NCBI GenBank assembly: GCA_045649565.1 | Contig: JAZRQC010000037.1 | Location: 248 to 64,247, forward strand | Direction: 5' to 3' | DNA length: 64,000 nucleotides | From: Ructibacterium sp. | GTDB lineage: Bacteria; Bacillota; Clostridia; Monoglobales; Monoglobaceae | In this document: piece after piece, positions 50,527-59,941 of the stretch | Numbering within the stretch: position 1 is the stretch's first letter | How the letters are laid out: each line of letters opens with the position of its first letter | Made by a program: the position numbers and the translations under genes | The notes under the pieces: model-generated | What the model was told of the DNA's origin: nothing | The model's database searches: none | What the model saw: the letters and a program-made list of their open reading frames with translations, nothing else

Positions 50527-53232
50527 TTACGCCTCCTCCATAATTAAAATATATTCCAGATAACCACCACGTCTTACACAGGTTACCGCCTTTTGGTTGG
50601 TATCCTTATCCATGGTGTAGGTTACCATATCTTTTACACTACCCTGACGGATTTCCATCTTTCCGCCCACCGTCTTACAAACGTAGATTTTGGTGCCGTT
50701 GTTCCGATAGTTGTGGAACTCATTGCATGCCTCTACCCCGTCATTGTCCTCCTTCACCGAGGTGGTGTGAGAGAACACATTACCGTCATAGTGATATAAG
50801 GTTCCGTAAGACACACGATAATTGTAATAAAGGTTATGATATCCGCCCGTACCGCCTCGGGTTGCTACACGGGTCTGGTCCTTGCCCAAACTCTTGTCAA
50901 ACATCACTGATGCCGCCAGCATGAGGTTTTTGTCATTAACCTCTACCTGAATCACATCACCCACATCAATATCGGTTCGAATCTCCGGGGGCATGGTAAC
51001 CGTCTTGGAATAGTTCGGATGGGCAAGATCCACCTTCCGAACGATGTTTCCGTCCTCATCCATGGTGTCATAGATATCCGTTACGATACAAGGAGGATTG
51101 GATTGAACAACGTTGTCTACCGCCTTGTCGTAAACCACCACATATTTGGCAACCTTGTTGTAAGGATCTAAGTTAAAGGCTTCTACCACGGGGTAATATC
51201 CGTCGATGATTTCTTCACGGAATCCTTCTGTCTCGTCCCGATCCACCTGCTGAATCCGAAGTGCTTGGTAGATATCACTTGCCGTAAACACCATTTCGGT
51301 TCCTGCATTGTTGTAAAAACTGTGGGGAGCGGAGGCAAACGCCAATCTTCTTACCTCGGAAACGCCGGTCTTTGCAGGTTGCAAAGAATCTTCTGTTTCG
51401 TAATCGGATTCGTAAATCATGGTATCCAGATGGGTCAGTTCCCCTGCATCATTCAGGCGGAACCGAACGGGTTGCGCATAGGGGAAGTCTGCATCTCCCG
51501 TCTGCATACGATCCAGATCATTCAAGCCGTTTTTGTCCACTTCACCCAATTCCATATCCTCATGATAGGTACGAAGACTATTGGCGGTCAGCAACCGTTC
51601 CAACATTGCATCTACCTTGGTATACTTGATTTCATCCAGATAGATGTTGGATGCTGCCACGTACTCTTTTAACATGTAGTTACGATCAACCACCCGAATG
51701 GACAACTTTCCGTTGAAGCCACCACCTGCATTTCTTGCACCGGTCAGGTAACCAAACTGGTAACTGTCATTGGAGGCATGGAGAATCACCGCCGCCAAAT
51801 CCTGATCAGGGTAAACCGAAACCGTTTCTCCGATACGAACTGTTTCATCAATAACAGTACCGTTGTTGATGGTATATTCCTTGCCTGCAACGGTAATCTT
51901 ATCCTTCAAAAATGCCGTAACCTGACCTGTTACACAGGTTTCAATCCGACTCATGGAAATCTTACGGATTCCCATTGTATTCTTACTGCTCTGAACCCGA
52001 AGTACATCGCCGGTCACCAAGGTTCCCACATTGATACGACCATAAGGACCTGTCATAACAATCTCATTTTTTACTTCCTTATCTCCGATGGCAACCTGAG
52101 GATATTTGCCGTAGAGAATCTGATTTTCCTTATCCTGACTGTCATAAACCACATATTCCACCGAATCAATAACAATCACATCATAAATATCATCATCATT
52201 GTTATCAATCAAGGTAACGGTTCCCGAGGGAGGCTTCAAATCCTCCTCGGTCGCAGTAGGATAGGCAACACCATTTAAAATGGTGTCATGTGCCGCTGTG
52301 AGTTTATAGCCTTTCTCCTTGGCGCCAACCCAATACTTCAACTGACCCTCACGAATACCGATGACATCGGTTCCCTCGATGGTTACGATGTTGTTCCGTT
52401 CTTCGTCGGGGTAGATATATTCAATATCCTTTGCAGTGGAATCTCCCTCTCGCTTACTGTAGAATACCACATATTTACCAAGCAGAGTTTCATCATCATA
52501 GCGGAATAAACGATTCCCAATCATGATTTCGCCTTCAGGGATATTGATATCGGGTTTAATCAAGGTGGTGTATTGTACACCTTCTACGATACCTTCTTGT
52601 CTTACCAAACCGTGATACCGCTCCATGGCAAGATACCCTTTTTGAACTTTATAGGTTCTCTCTTCTCCGTAGGTTGTAGGTTCCAGCATCTCTGCCATCA
52701 GAGTGTTATACGCCATAGAAAGCGCCTCTCCATAGATAACTACGCCATCCATTACCACCCCATCGGTTACACCTGCTTCCCGTGCGGTACGAAGATAACC
52801 CTCAAACTGACCGACTTCTTTATAACCCAATATCACAGAAAAGATTTTACTTGCCTCTTCTTCTGTAATGCCGTCATGGGGACGGAAATAGCCGTTACCG
52901 TCTCCTGAGAGAACCCCCTGCTGAACCAGACTATGAATTGCACCATAGTAGGGACTTTTCGCATCCACATCATAGAACTTGGTACCTTCCCCGGTATAGG
53001 CAGGAAGATTCATCACCTGAGCCGCCATTACGGCCAGTTCGCCACGATTAACACTTTTGTGATAATCAGGAGCATCCTCCGACACAATCTCAAGATGCCG
53101 AAGCAATCCTTCCTGACCATCATTTAACATACTGCCGCTTTCCACCGCAGAAACACCAAGTCCTGCCGAAAGCATGGTTGCCAAAAGGGTAATGGCAACG
53201 AGAGCACTAATCATCTTGTTATATTTCTTCAT
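50527..53232 (-). CDS. B2: paralogue of B1 (N-terminal SLH repeats plus unassigned body)
   Basis: 901 aa with signal peptide MKKYNKMISALVAITLLATMLSAGLGVSA. The SLH repeat is FYDVDAKSPYYGAIHSLVQQGVLSGDGNGYFRPHDGITEEE. It is collinear with B1. Confidence 0.8.
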   Translation of the reverse strand: MKKYNKMISALVAITLLATMLSAGLGVSAVESGSMLNDGQEGLLRHLEIVSEDAPDYHKSVNRGELAVMAAQVMNLPAYTGEGTKFYDVDAKSPYYGAIHSLVQQGVLSGDGNGYFRPHDGITEEEASKIFSVILGYKEVGQFEGYLRTAREAGVTDGVVMDGVVIYGEALSMAYNTLMAEMLEPTTYGEERTYKVQKGYLAMERYHGLVRQEGIVEGVQYTTLIKPDINIPEGEIMIGNRLFRYDDETLLGKYVVFYSKREGDSTAKDIEYIYPDEERNNIVTIEGTDVIGIREGQLKYWVGAKEKGYKLTAAHDTILNGVAYPTATEEDLKPPSGTVTLIDNNDDDIYDVIVIDSVEYVVYDSQDKENQILYGKYPQVAIGDKEVKNEIVMTGPYGRINVGTLVTGDVLRVQSSKNTMGIRKISMSRIETCVTGQVTAFLKDKITVAGKEYTINNGTVIDETVRIGETVSVYPDQDLAAVILHASNDSYQFGYLTGARNAGGGFNGKLSIRVVDRNYMLKEYVAASNIYLDEIKYTKVDAMLERLLTANSLRTYHEDMELGEVDKNGLNDLDRMQTGDADFPYAQPVRFRLNDAGELTHLDTMIYESDYETEDSLQPAKTGVSEVRRLAFASAPHSFYNNAGTEMVFTASDIYQALRIQQVDRDETEGFREEIIDGYYPVVEAFNLDPYNKVAKYVVVYDKAVDNVVQSNPPCIVTDIYDTMDEDGNIVRKVDLAHPNYSKTVTMPPEIRTDIDVGDVIQVEVNDKNLMLAASVMFDKSLGKDQTRVATRGGTGGYHNLYYNYRVSYGTLYHYDGNVFSHTTSVKEDNDGVEACNEFHNYRNNGTKIYVCKTVGGKMEIRQGSVKDMVTYTMDKDTNQKAVTCVRRGGYLEYILIMEEA

Positions 53233-53237
53233 TGCCT

Positions 53238-56200
53238 TTATCTCCTTTCTGCCATATAGTTATAGATTCTGTAAATAGCCACCGCAGACTCTGCACGAGT
53301 TGCAGAAGCATCGCCTGCAAAACAATTGTTTCCCACACCGTTCATCAGTTCTGCTTGTGCAAGCAAATCAACACTTTCTCTTGCATACTGAGGAATGGTA
53401 TTAAAGTCCGCAAAGACAAAAGGCGCAATGGTTTCTTCCACTTGGATTCCCTGATGATCCAGAATCCGCTTGATGATAACCGCCATGTCTGCTCTTGTAA
53501 TCTGTTGACCGATACCGAAGTATTCTTCACTCATGCCATTGACGATACCAACCTGATATGCCATTGCCACATAGTCGTAATACCACGCATCTTTATCCAC
53601 ATCCAAGAAGGAAGCATCTCCTATCGCTTTGTTGGAAATTCCGGCCGCCTGCAACGCCATCTTCAGGAACTCCTCACGAGTGACCGCCCGATTGGGTGCA
53701 AAGGTGCCGTCTCCGTTTCCGTTAACGATTCCCATATTCCGCAGAGCCAGAATGCTTTCTTCTGCCCACGGAACGGAAGTTAAATCTCCGAATTCTTCCG
53801 GCTTTATTTCAGGTGTCTGCACCGAACCGCCAACACCGCCGCCACCGGCAACAGGACCGCTTACCGTTGCTCCGGTACTGTCGTACTTATTACCGGGTGC
53901 TATCGCACCACCACCGCCTGCACCGCCACCGCCGACAGCGCCGCCACCGACGTTACCTGTGCTTGCCTCGGCTTGTTTTTGTGCCACAACTGCACTGCGG
54001 AAACCTGCCAGAACTTCGTCCGCGCTTGTATAGTCAGAACCCATCCGCAAGAAGAGTTGCTTTTCGTTTTGGATACCTGCAATATCTGCAATACTGATGC
54101 CCAAAACTTCTCCGTACGTATGCAAAAGAAGATTCTGAACATCTGCCCATCTGCTCTCTTTTGCGGCTTCATTAACACGTTTACAAAGTTCCCGCTCCTG
54201 CACTTCGTCGTTGGTTGCAACGTCAATCACTTCACGGAAACGATAGAGACTGTCAAAGGTAACCACATTCCCCTTTTCCTCCAGATAACGTGCATAAACG
54301 TCAAATGCGAAATCGGATTCTGCGTTCCATTTCTTTGCAGTTTCACTTCCGTATTGGTTCAAAAATGCCCCCATGCTTGCCGCATCATGAATGGCATTAT
54401 AAGGAATGTCGCCACAGAAGAGTTCCACCTGTGTTTCAGATGCCACCGCATTACCATACTGAACCCTTACCGTATAGGTTCCGCTGGCACAATCAGGATT
54501 TACTGCAACGGTGGTATCTACCAGTCCTGTCGCTGTTGCAACAGTCTGTCCTGCACCGCAAAGAACTCCCTCGGCATCGGTTACGCTGATGGTAACCCGA
54601 CCATTTCTCACACCAATATTACCCACAACACGAATATCATTGTAGTTGGCTTCTGCATTCACCGAAACACCTGCTCCTGCTTCGAGAGCGCCGGATGCAC
54701 GATTCTCAAGGGCTGCTCCTGCCATATCTCCCAAGGGGATTCCTGTTTCAATGGTATCCCAAAGCATAACAACTGCCTTGTCCTCGTTCTCGTCCACATC
54801 AGTTGTGCTGAAGGTGTTGGAAAGATTTACCCCTACACCGCTTGCCACTTCATAATTCTTTGCTTTGACAAACTTGGTATATCCGTACTCCTTATCGTAA
54901 ACCGCAGTAATCAAGGTTGCTCGTCTGTCATACGGAGTGTCCAATGTACCGGAGAAGAATTCACCATTCGTCTTAACAACGCCTGATTCCAGTTCAGGCT
55001 CCTCAATTACCAGATAATCTCCGGCATAAATCTTAAGATCATCAAATTGTGCACTCATTCCTGCATGAATTTCCAGATTATCTCTGCCACTGGAACCGGG
55101 GACAAAGGCGGTATTCGTTTTCATCCATTCATCCTCGCCAACCTTATGCCAGTAAACATCCACCTTATCATTATCCGTCCACGCAAAGAGCAGTTCCGCC
55201 CATTGATTGGTCCCAAGCGGTGTGTCTTTTCCCACCGCATAGTTTGTGGTTCTGTTATGAAGTACTACCTTCGTTGAAGTTGCATCAATGGCAATTTTTG
55301 CCCCGTTGTTCTGCATATCAACAGAAATAACAGAATCACTTGTGGGAAGCATATACTTGTAACGGATAAACCATTGTCCCTTTGGATTGATGGTACCCAT
55401 ATCCACCACCAAACGACTCAGATCGGGATAAGATGGGTTGGGTTCTGCATCGGGATCTCTTTGGAATACACCATCTTCAATCTTACCGGTGATGATATCG
55501 TAATCTCCTCTGTCCTCCGAGAAATCTTCGTCCAGATACACCGTGTTGGTCATAGACGCAATCACAGAGGTATCCTTCAGTACCGCACGTTCACTCTTGT
55601 ATTGTTTCACAGTGGATACATACGCCTTTGCCGTGGTGGTGTTATCCAACAGAACACCATAAAAACCTGCGGTACGGAATCCGTTGGAGGTTACCCGTAC
55701 TGTCCACTTGGTTTCTCGGTCTGTTTTGGTATAGACGGTAAAATTACTTCCGTTTTGAGTTACCAGATAATTCACCCAATCGGTACCGGGAACAAAACCC
55801 TCCGCTACCTTCTGGTCAGAACCCCACGCCACAAGTTTCTCCGGATAAACATAGATGCTTGCTCTGGGATAACCATTCATCTGTACCCCCAACGCAGCCC
55901 CCGTGTCCACCTTGGCACGGAACATAACCGGATTGGCTGTCGTTAATGGTTTCCACGCATTTACACTGCCGGAACCCCATGCGAAATAAAATCCGCCTGT
56001 TTCCTTTAACTCCAAACCATGCTCACCCACGACGGGTTGCTCAGCTGCAACATTGCCGTTGGATACATTCATCAGTTGTGCATTCTCATCCACGCCATTA
56101 AAGTTGCTGTCAAATACCAACTCCTCTTTTACCACAGCCACACCTTCAACAATTTCATCCAAGGTGAACTGTTCTCCTGCCTGAGGGCCTTCCGGCTCAG

Positions 56201-57704
56201 GCAATTCTTCCTGCGTTCCATACATACTGATGTATTTGATAAACCCTTTTCCCTTTTCCGAGTATAATGACACACCAAGATTGGGGCCGCCACCGGGACG
56301 ATAGGATGCGGTAGATGCAATCTTCGTCCAGTCGGCATCTTCTGCACTCTTGGCATAAACATCATAACCGCCACCGTCATTCACACACAGAGCATAGTCA
56401 TGCCATTGGTTTTGAGGCACATAGTCTACCAGTTTGGTTGCACCTTGGAAGCCACCCTCGCCGTTACTCTCATAGATTGTCAGACCGGTTTCACTGATAA
56501 CTATATATGCTCTTTGTGATACGTTGGTAGGACTGGTAATCTCCAGATGAATCTTCTCTTCCGCTCCTACCTTGACACCAAGGGTTATACCCTTACTGGA
56601 AAGAGGCGTGTATCCACTTGCGGGCAGATATTTCCATATGCTATCTGCCGGAATGGTTAATCCCATGGTATCAGAATAGGTCGCACTACTCGGAGAGGTA
56701 ACACCGGTCTGCGCTTGATCAAAATCACCGGAGAACTGAAAATCCTTAATTTTTACCGCATCTTCACCCAATACATATCCAATGTTTCCTTGGGCTCCGT
56801 CATAGGGATCATCCGTTCCGGGAGTTTCTCCGCCCTGACCGGGATCGGGAGTTTCTCCGCCCTGACCGGGATCGGGTGCTTCTCCACCCTGACCGGGATC
56901 AGGTGCTTCTCCACCCTGACCGGGATCGGGTGTTTCACCGCCTTGACCGGGGTCGGGGTTCGGGTTTCCACCCTCTACCTGAAAACAAACAGAATATGCG
57001 AGACAGGCGTTTGCCGCATCGAATCTTCCGCCATAGGTGGTCCAACACTTGTTGTTATAGTTGGAGTTACTGTTTTTTGCGGCTACTGCCTCAATTACTT
57101 TGGTATAAGCAGTATCGGATGCTTTTTTCATATAAACTTCGTAGGCACTGGTGCCGTCACAAGTAATCAACACATCGTTCCAATCCGTTCCGCAAGAATA
57201 TTCTGCAACCATGGCAGAAGATGCTTTGGAACTAACCGAAATATACGTAGGCGCAAAGGTAAGTTCAGAAATGGTGTTATCCCATCCGGTGGTGGCTGTA
57301 CTGATCAACCAACCATTGGAATCCAATTTGAAACGGAATCCCCATGTTCCTAAGTTAAGAGGAGACCAATAAGCATTTCCCGTATCCGGCACCGTATACT
57401 TAATAGGAGAACTGTAATATAAATTACCTGAACTTCCAAACATGGCACCGCCAACAGAGTCGTAGGTCACACCGGACGTAGTCAATCCTACCACCGAAGA
57501 ATCAAACTCACCGGTAAAATCCAGATTCATGGCACCCCAATCCTGAGTCCCCGGATGCGCCTCTGCCTTTTCCGCACCCAGCACAGCGCCGATGGCATTC
57601 AAAAGTCCATCGTCAATTACCGCTGCCGATACAGAAATTCCGGGAATCAACCCCGTTATCATTACAGTGCAAATCAGGCATGCTAACAAACGTTTTAGCT
57701 TCAT
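53238..57704 (-). CDS. A2: paralogue of A1 with four ConA/LamG-like modules and three C-terminal SLH domains
   Basis: 1488 aa with RBS AAGGAGTGG and signal peptide MKLKRLLACLICTVMITGLIPGISVSA. Its modules match A1 modules 2, 4, 5 and 6. The SLH triad spans about 53241-53801. Confidence 0.85.
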   Translation of the reverse strand: MKLKRLLACLICTVMITGLIPGISVSAAVIDDGLLNAIGAVLGAEKAEAHPGTQDWGAMNLDFTGEFDSSVVGLTTSGVTYDSVGGAMFGSSGNLYYSSPIKYTVPDTGNAYWSPLNLGTWGFRFKLDSNGWLISTATTGWDNTISELTFAPTYISVSSKASSAMVAEYSCGTDWNDVLITCDGTSAYEVYMKKASDTAYTKVIEAVAAKNSNSNYNNKCWTTYGGRFDAANACLAYSVCFQVEGGNPNPDPGQGGETPDPGQGGEAPDPGQGGEAPDPGQGGETPDPGQGGETPGTDDPYDGAQGNIGYVLGEDAVKIKDFQFSGDFDQAQTGVTSPSSATYSDTMGLTIPADSIWKYLPASGYTPLSSKGITLGVKVGAEEKIHLEITSPTNVSQRAYIVISETGLTIYESNGEGGFQGATKLVDYVPQNQWHDYALCVNDGGGYDVYAKSAEDADWTKIASTASYRPGGGPNLGVSLYSEKGKGFIKYISMYGTQEELPEPEGPQAGEQFTLDEIVEGVAVVKEELVFDSNFNGVDENAQLMNVSNGNVAAEQPVVGEHGLELKETGGFYFAWGSGSVNAWKPLTTANPVMFRAKVDTGAALGVQMNGYPRASIYVYPEKLVAWGSDQKVAEGFVPGTDWVNYLVTQNGSNFTVYTKTDRETKWTVRVTSNGFRTAGFYGVLLDNTTTAKAYVSTVKQYKSERAVLKDTSVIASMTNTVYLDEDFSEDRGDYDIITGKIEDGVFQRDPDAEPNPSYPDLSRLVVDMGTINPKGQWFIRYKYMLPTSDSVISVDMQNNGAKIAIDATSTKVVLHNRTTNYAVGKDTPLGTNQWAELLFAWTDNDKVDVYWHKVGEDEWMKTNTAFVPGSSGRDNLEIHAGMSAQFDDLKIYAGDYLVIEEPELESGVVKTNGEFFSGTLDTPYDRRATLITAVYDKEYGYTKFVKAKNYEVASGVGVNLSNTFSTTDVDENEDKAVVMLWDTIETGIPLGDMAGAALENRASGALEAGAGVSVNAEANYNDIRVVGNIGVRNGRVTISVTDAEGVLCGAGQTVATATGLVDTTVAVNPDCASGTYTVRVQYGNAVASETQVELFCGDIPYNAIHDAASMGAFLNQYGSETAKKWNAESDFAFDVYARYLEEKGNVVTFDSLYRFREVIDVATNDEVQERELCKRVNEAAKESRWADVQNLLLHTYGEVLGISIADIAGIQNEKQLFLRMGSDYTSADEVLAGFRSAVVAQKQAEASTGNVGGGAVGGGGAGGGGAIAPGNKYDSTGATVSGPVAGGGGVGGSVQTPEIKPEEFGDLTSVPWAEESILALRNMGIVNGNGDGTFAPNRAVTREEFLKMALQAAGISNKAIGDASFLDVDKDAWYYDYVAMAYQVGIVNGMSEEYFGIGQQITRADMAVIIKRILDHQGIQVEETIAPFVFADFNTIPQYARESVDLLAQAELMNGVGNNCFAGDASATRAESAVAIYRIYNYMAERR
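56823..56957 (-). repeat. 5 x 27-nt in-frame tandem repeat encoding (PDPGQGGE[T/A])5 in an A2 linker
   Basis: The units are 56931-56957, 56904-56930, 56877-56903, 56850-56876 and 56823-56849. The last two are identical, and the middle two differ at one base. Confidence 0.95.
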
Positions 57705-57776
57705 ATACCGTCCACTCCTTCAATCAATTTGTATTTTCGACTTACCTTTGTCAAATTGCTTTAATTCATTTATTCT

Positions 57777-57806
57777 ATTTTATCACAACAAGAATATTTT
57801 GCGCAA
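57777..57806 (-). promoter_or_regulatory. predicted promoter of cassette 2
   Basis: On the minus strand: TTGCGC, 18-nt spacer, then extended -10 TGaTAAAAT. This implies a 5-prime UTR of about 65 nt. Confidence 0.4.
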
Positions 57807-57899
57807 GTGAAAACTCGAAACTACTTCCTGAAAAATTGGTTTGATTACCTCATGCTTTTTTAACTTTTCTTGCACTACTCAAATGAAAATTTTTTGTCA

Positions 57900-57928
57900 T
57901 TGACAAATACTTAACTATATTGTATCAT
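57900..57928 (+). promoter_or_regulatory. predicted promoter of the AraC-family gene
   Basis: TTGACA, 17-nt spacer ending in TG, then TATCAT. Confidence 0.5.
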
Positions 57929-57971
57929 ATTGAATAGTTGATATATTATGCTTTTTGGAAAGGAGTTCATC

Positions 57972-58766
57972 ATGGATATTATCAAGGTCGGTTACGGTTT
58001 TCATGAACCTCCCTCTTTCTCTGTAAATCGTCCCTACGGTTCGGGGGACTACGTCCTGATTGTACTGCGTACAACCAGCTATTTTGTCCTTCACGGCAAG
58101 CATCAGATTGTTCCTGCCAATTCTGTTATTATCTTTCAGGAAGGTACTGCGCAACATTACGGTGCTGTAGAGGATCAATTTATTAATGACTGGATTCACT
58201 TTTCTCCTTCCGAAGAGGAAGTTGCCAAGTTTCACGAGATGGATATTCCTTTTGATACCATCCTTCCTCTTTATGACACAGCGCCCCTTTCTCTTCTGAT
58301 CAAGAATCTGATTTATGAAAATATTTCTCAAAACAAAAACAAGAAGGATTCCATGAATCTTTACTTTGACTTGCTTTTATATAAAATTTCGGATCTTCTT
58401 TCCATATCCATCAACACAGATAAGAACTTTTTCCATGCCCTTTCTTCCCTGCGAAATAAAATTTATCTCTCTCCCGGTAAGGAATGGAAAATTGAACGCA
58501 TCAGTAAAGATCTGAACTTCAGTCGTTCCTACATCCAACACTCTTATAAGACATGTTTTGGCGAAAGCATTCAGGATTCCATCACCAACAGTCGTATCGA
58601 ATACGCCAAGCATCTTCTTTCCAGTACCGAAACCAAAATCAGTCATATTGCATCTCTTTGTGGTTATCACAGCGATGTGCATTTTATCCGTATTTTTAAA
58701 TCCAAAATCGGTATAACACCCTCTCTCTTCCGAAAGACAAATTCCAATCCCACAAGGAAGAAATAA
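57972..58766 (+). CDS. AraC family transcriptional regulator (cupin-like N-terminus)
   Basis: The ATG at 57972 lies after AAGGAG. The C-terminal HTH blocks are WKIERISKDLNFSRSYIQHSYKTCFGES and ISHIASLCGYHSDVHFIRIFKSKIGITP. It is divergent from A2. Confidence 0.85.
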   Translation: MDIIKVGYGFHEPPSFSVNRPYGSGDYVLIVLRTTSYFVLHGKHQIVPANSVIIFQEGTAQHYGAVEDQFINDWIHFSPSEEEVAKFHEMDIPFDTILPLYDTAPLSLLIKNLIYENISQNKNKKDSMNLYFDLLLYKISDLLSISINTDKNFFHALSSLRNKIYLSPGKEWKIERISKDLNFSRSYIQHSYKTCFGESIQDSITNSRIEYAKHLLSSTETKISHIASLCGYHSDVHFIRIFKSKIGITPSLFRKTNSNPTRKK

Positions 58767-58776
58767 CCTTACAATT

Positions 58777-58822
58777 AAAAAGCGTACTCTCTGCATATTC
58801 CTGCAAAGAGTACGCTTTTTTT
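58777..58822. terminator. bidirectional intrinsic terminator
   Basis: 10-bp stem agcgtactct / agagtacgct flanked by A5 and T7, between the convergent AraC and glycosyltransferase genes. Confidence 0.75.
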
Positions 58823-59924
58823 ATTCTCCCAGTTTCATCACAAACTCTACCAAATCTCGTGTGGAATTGGGTTTCCCTAAGAATCGTACCGCCTGATCCA
58901 GTATGCTTAGTCGCTCCTCATTGAGGAACAATTGATAAATCGCATCACTTAAGGAAAAGGTTTCACTGATTTTCAATGCCGCACCGGCATTTAAAAGAAA
59001 CTCAACATTTCTGTCCTCCTGACCGGGAACCGGATTGTTCATGATAATGGGAAGTCCTTTCGCCAAGGCCTCACTGGTGGTCAATCCACCGGGTTTGGTG
59101 ACCACGCAATCCACCGCATCCATAAAGACATCCACATTATCCACATAACCATAGTTATAGATATCTTTTTTTAAATCCAACCGATCGATTTGCTCCTTCA
59201 ACTTTTTATTGTTGCCGCAAATGGTAACAATCTGAAAATCAAAGGGGAGTTTATCCAGTTCCAGAATACCGTCTGTCATCTTTCCGAAGCCCATGCTTCC
59301 GCTCATGACCAATACAGTCTTTCTTTCAGGAATTCCCAGCATGGAAAAGGCTTCTTTTTTGGTTCTTTTGGTTGCAAATTTAGGGTCAATGGGAATACCA
59401 AACGCCTTGAGCTTATTGGGAGCAATTCCCTTTTTTACCCCTTGATGTTCCAAAAGTTCACTGGCGGTTATATAGTAATCCAATTTGGTATCCTCCCAAA
59501 AAGGATGGATGGTGTAGTCGGTCACAATTCCAATGGTGTGTACCTTCTTTTGGAAATAATCTCTCAGGCATGTTACCAGTAGCGCCGCAAACACATGGGT
59601 GCAGATAATAAAATCCGGTTCTTCCTGCTCAATCAGTTTTAAAAGTTTTTTGGCAAGAACCCGATTGGTCAGCATGGGGAAACTATAGTTATTTCCGGCT
59701 TCTCTCATTTCCATCATCCGATAACCTGCACCAAATACCTTGGGAACATTTTTGGTTGACATCAGGTATATCTTGGAAATTGACTCGGAAAGCACAGGAT
59801 GAATATACTCATACACATCCATATATTTACAAGAAATCCCGTTTTTCTCCAACTCTTCCGCCATTACTTTTGCTGTCTGGTTATGACCTTGACCTGTTGT
59901 AATAGAAAAAATTAATCCTTTCAT
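58821..59924 (-). CDS. diacylglycerol glycosyltransferase (MGDG-synthase/UgtP-like, GT28-type)
   Basis: The N-terminal block is FSITTGQGHNQTAKVMAEEL and the C-terminal block is KPGGLTTSEALAKGLPII, typical of MGDG synthase-like processive glycosyltransferases. It lies 17 nt downstream of addA. Confidence 0.75.
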   Translation of the reverse strand: MKGLIFSITTGQGHNQTAKVMAEELEKNGISCKYMDVYEYIHPVLSESISKIYLMSTKNVPKVFGAGYRMMEMREAGNNYSFPMLTNRVLAKKLLKLIEQEEPDFIICTHVFAALLVTCLRDYFQKKVHTIGIVTDYTIHPFWEDTKLDYYITASELLEHQGVKKGIAPNKLKAFGIPIDPKFATKRTKKEAFSMLGIPERKTVLVMSGSMGFGKMTDGILELDKLPFDFQIVTICGNNKKLKEQIDRLDLKKDIYNYGYVDNVDVFMDAVDCVVTKPGGLTTSEALAKGLPIIMNNPVPGQEDRNVEFLLNAGAALKISETFSLSDAIYQLFLNEERLSILDQAVRFLGKPNSTRDLVEFVMKLGE

Positions 59925-59941
59925 CCTATCACCTCGTCTCG

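Noticed and set aside
56823-56957. Regular 27-nt repeat array considered as a CRISPR array
   Set aside because: The units are contiguous with no spacers, lie in frame inside a long ORF and encode a peptide repeat, and no cas genes are in the window.
31600-57704. Prophage, ICE or transposon origin for the duplicated 26-kb region
   Set aside because: I recognised no integrase, transposase, recombinase, portal/terminase or conjugation genes, no flanking tRNA and no long terminal inverted or direct repeats. The paralogues are diverged rather than recent mobile copies.
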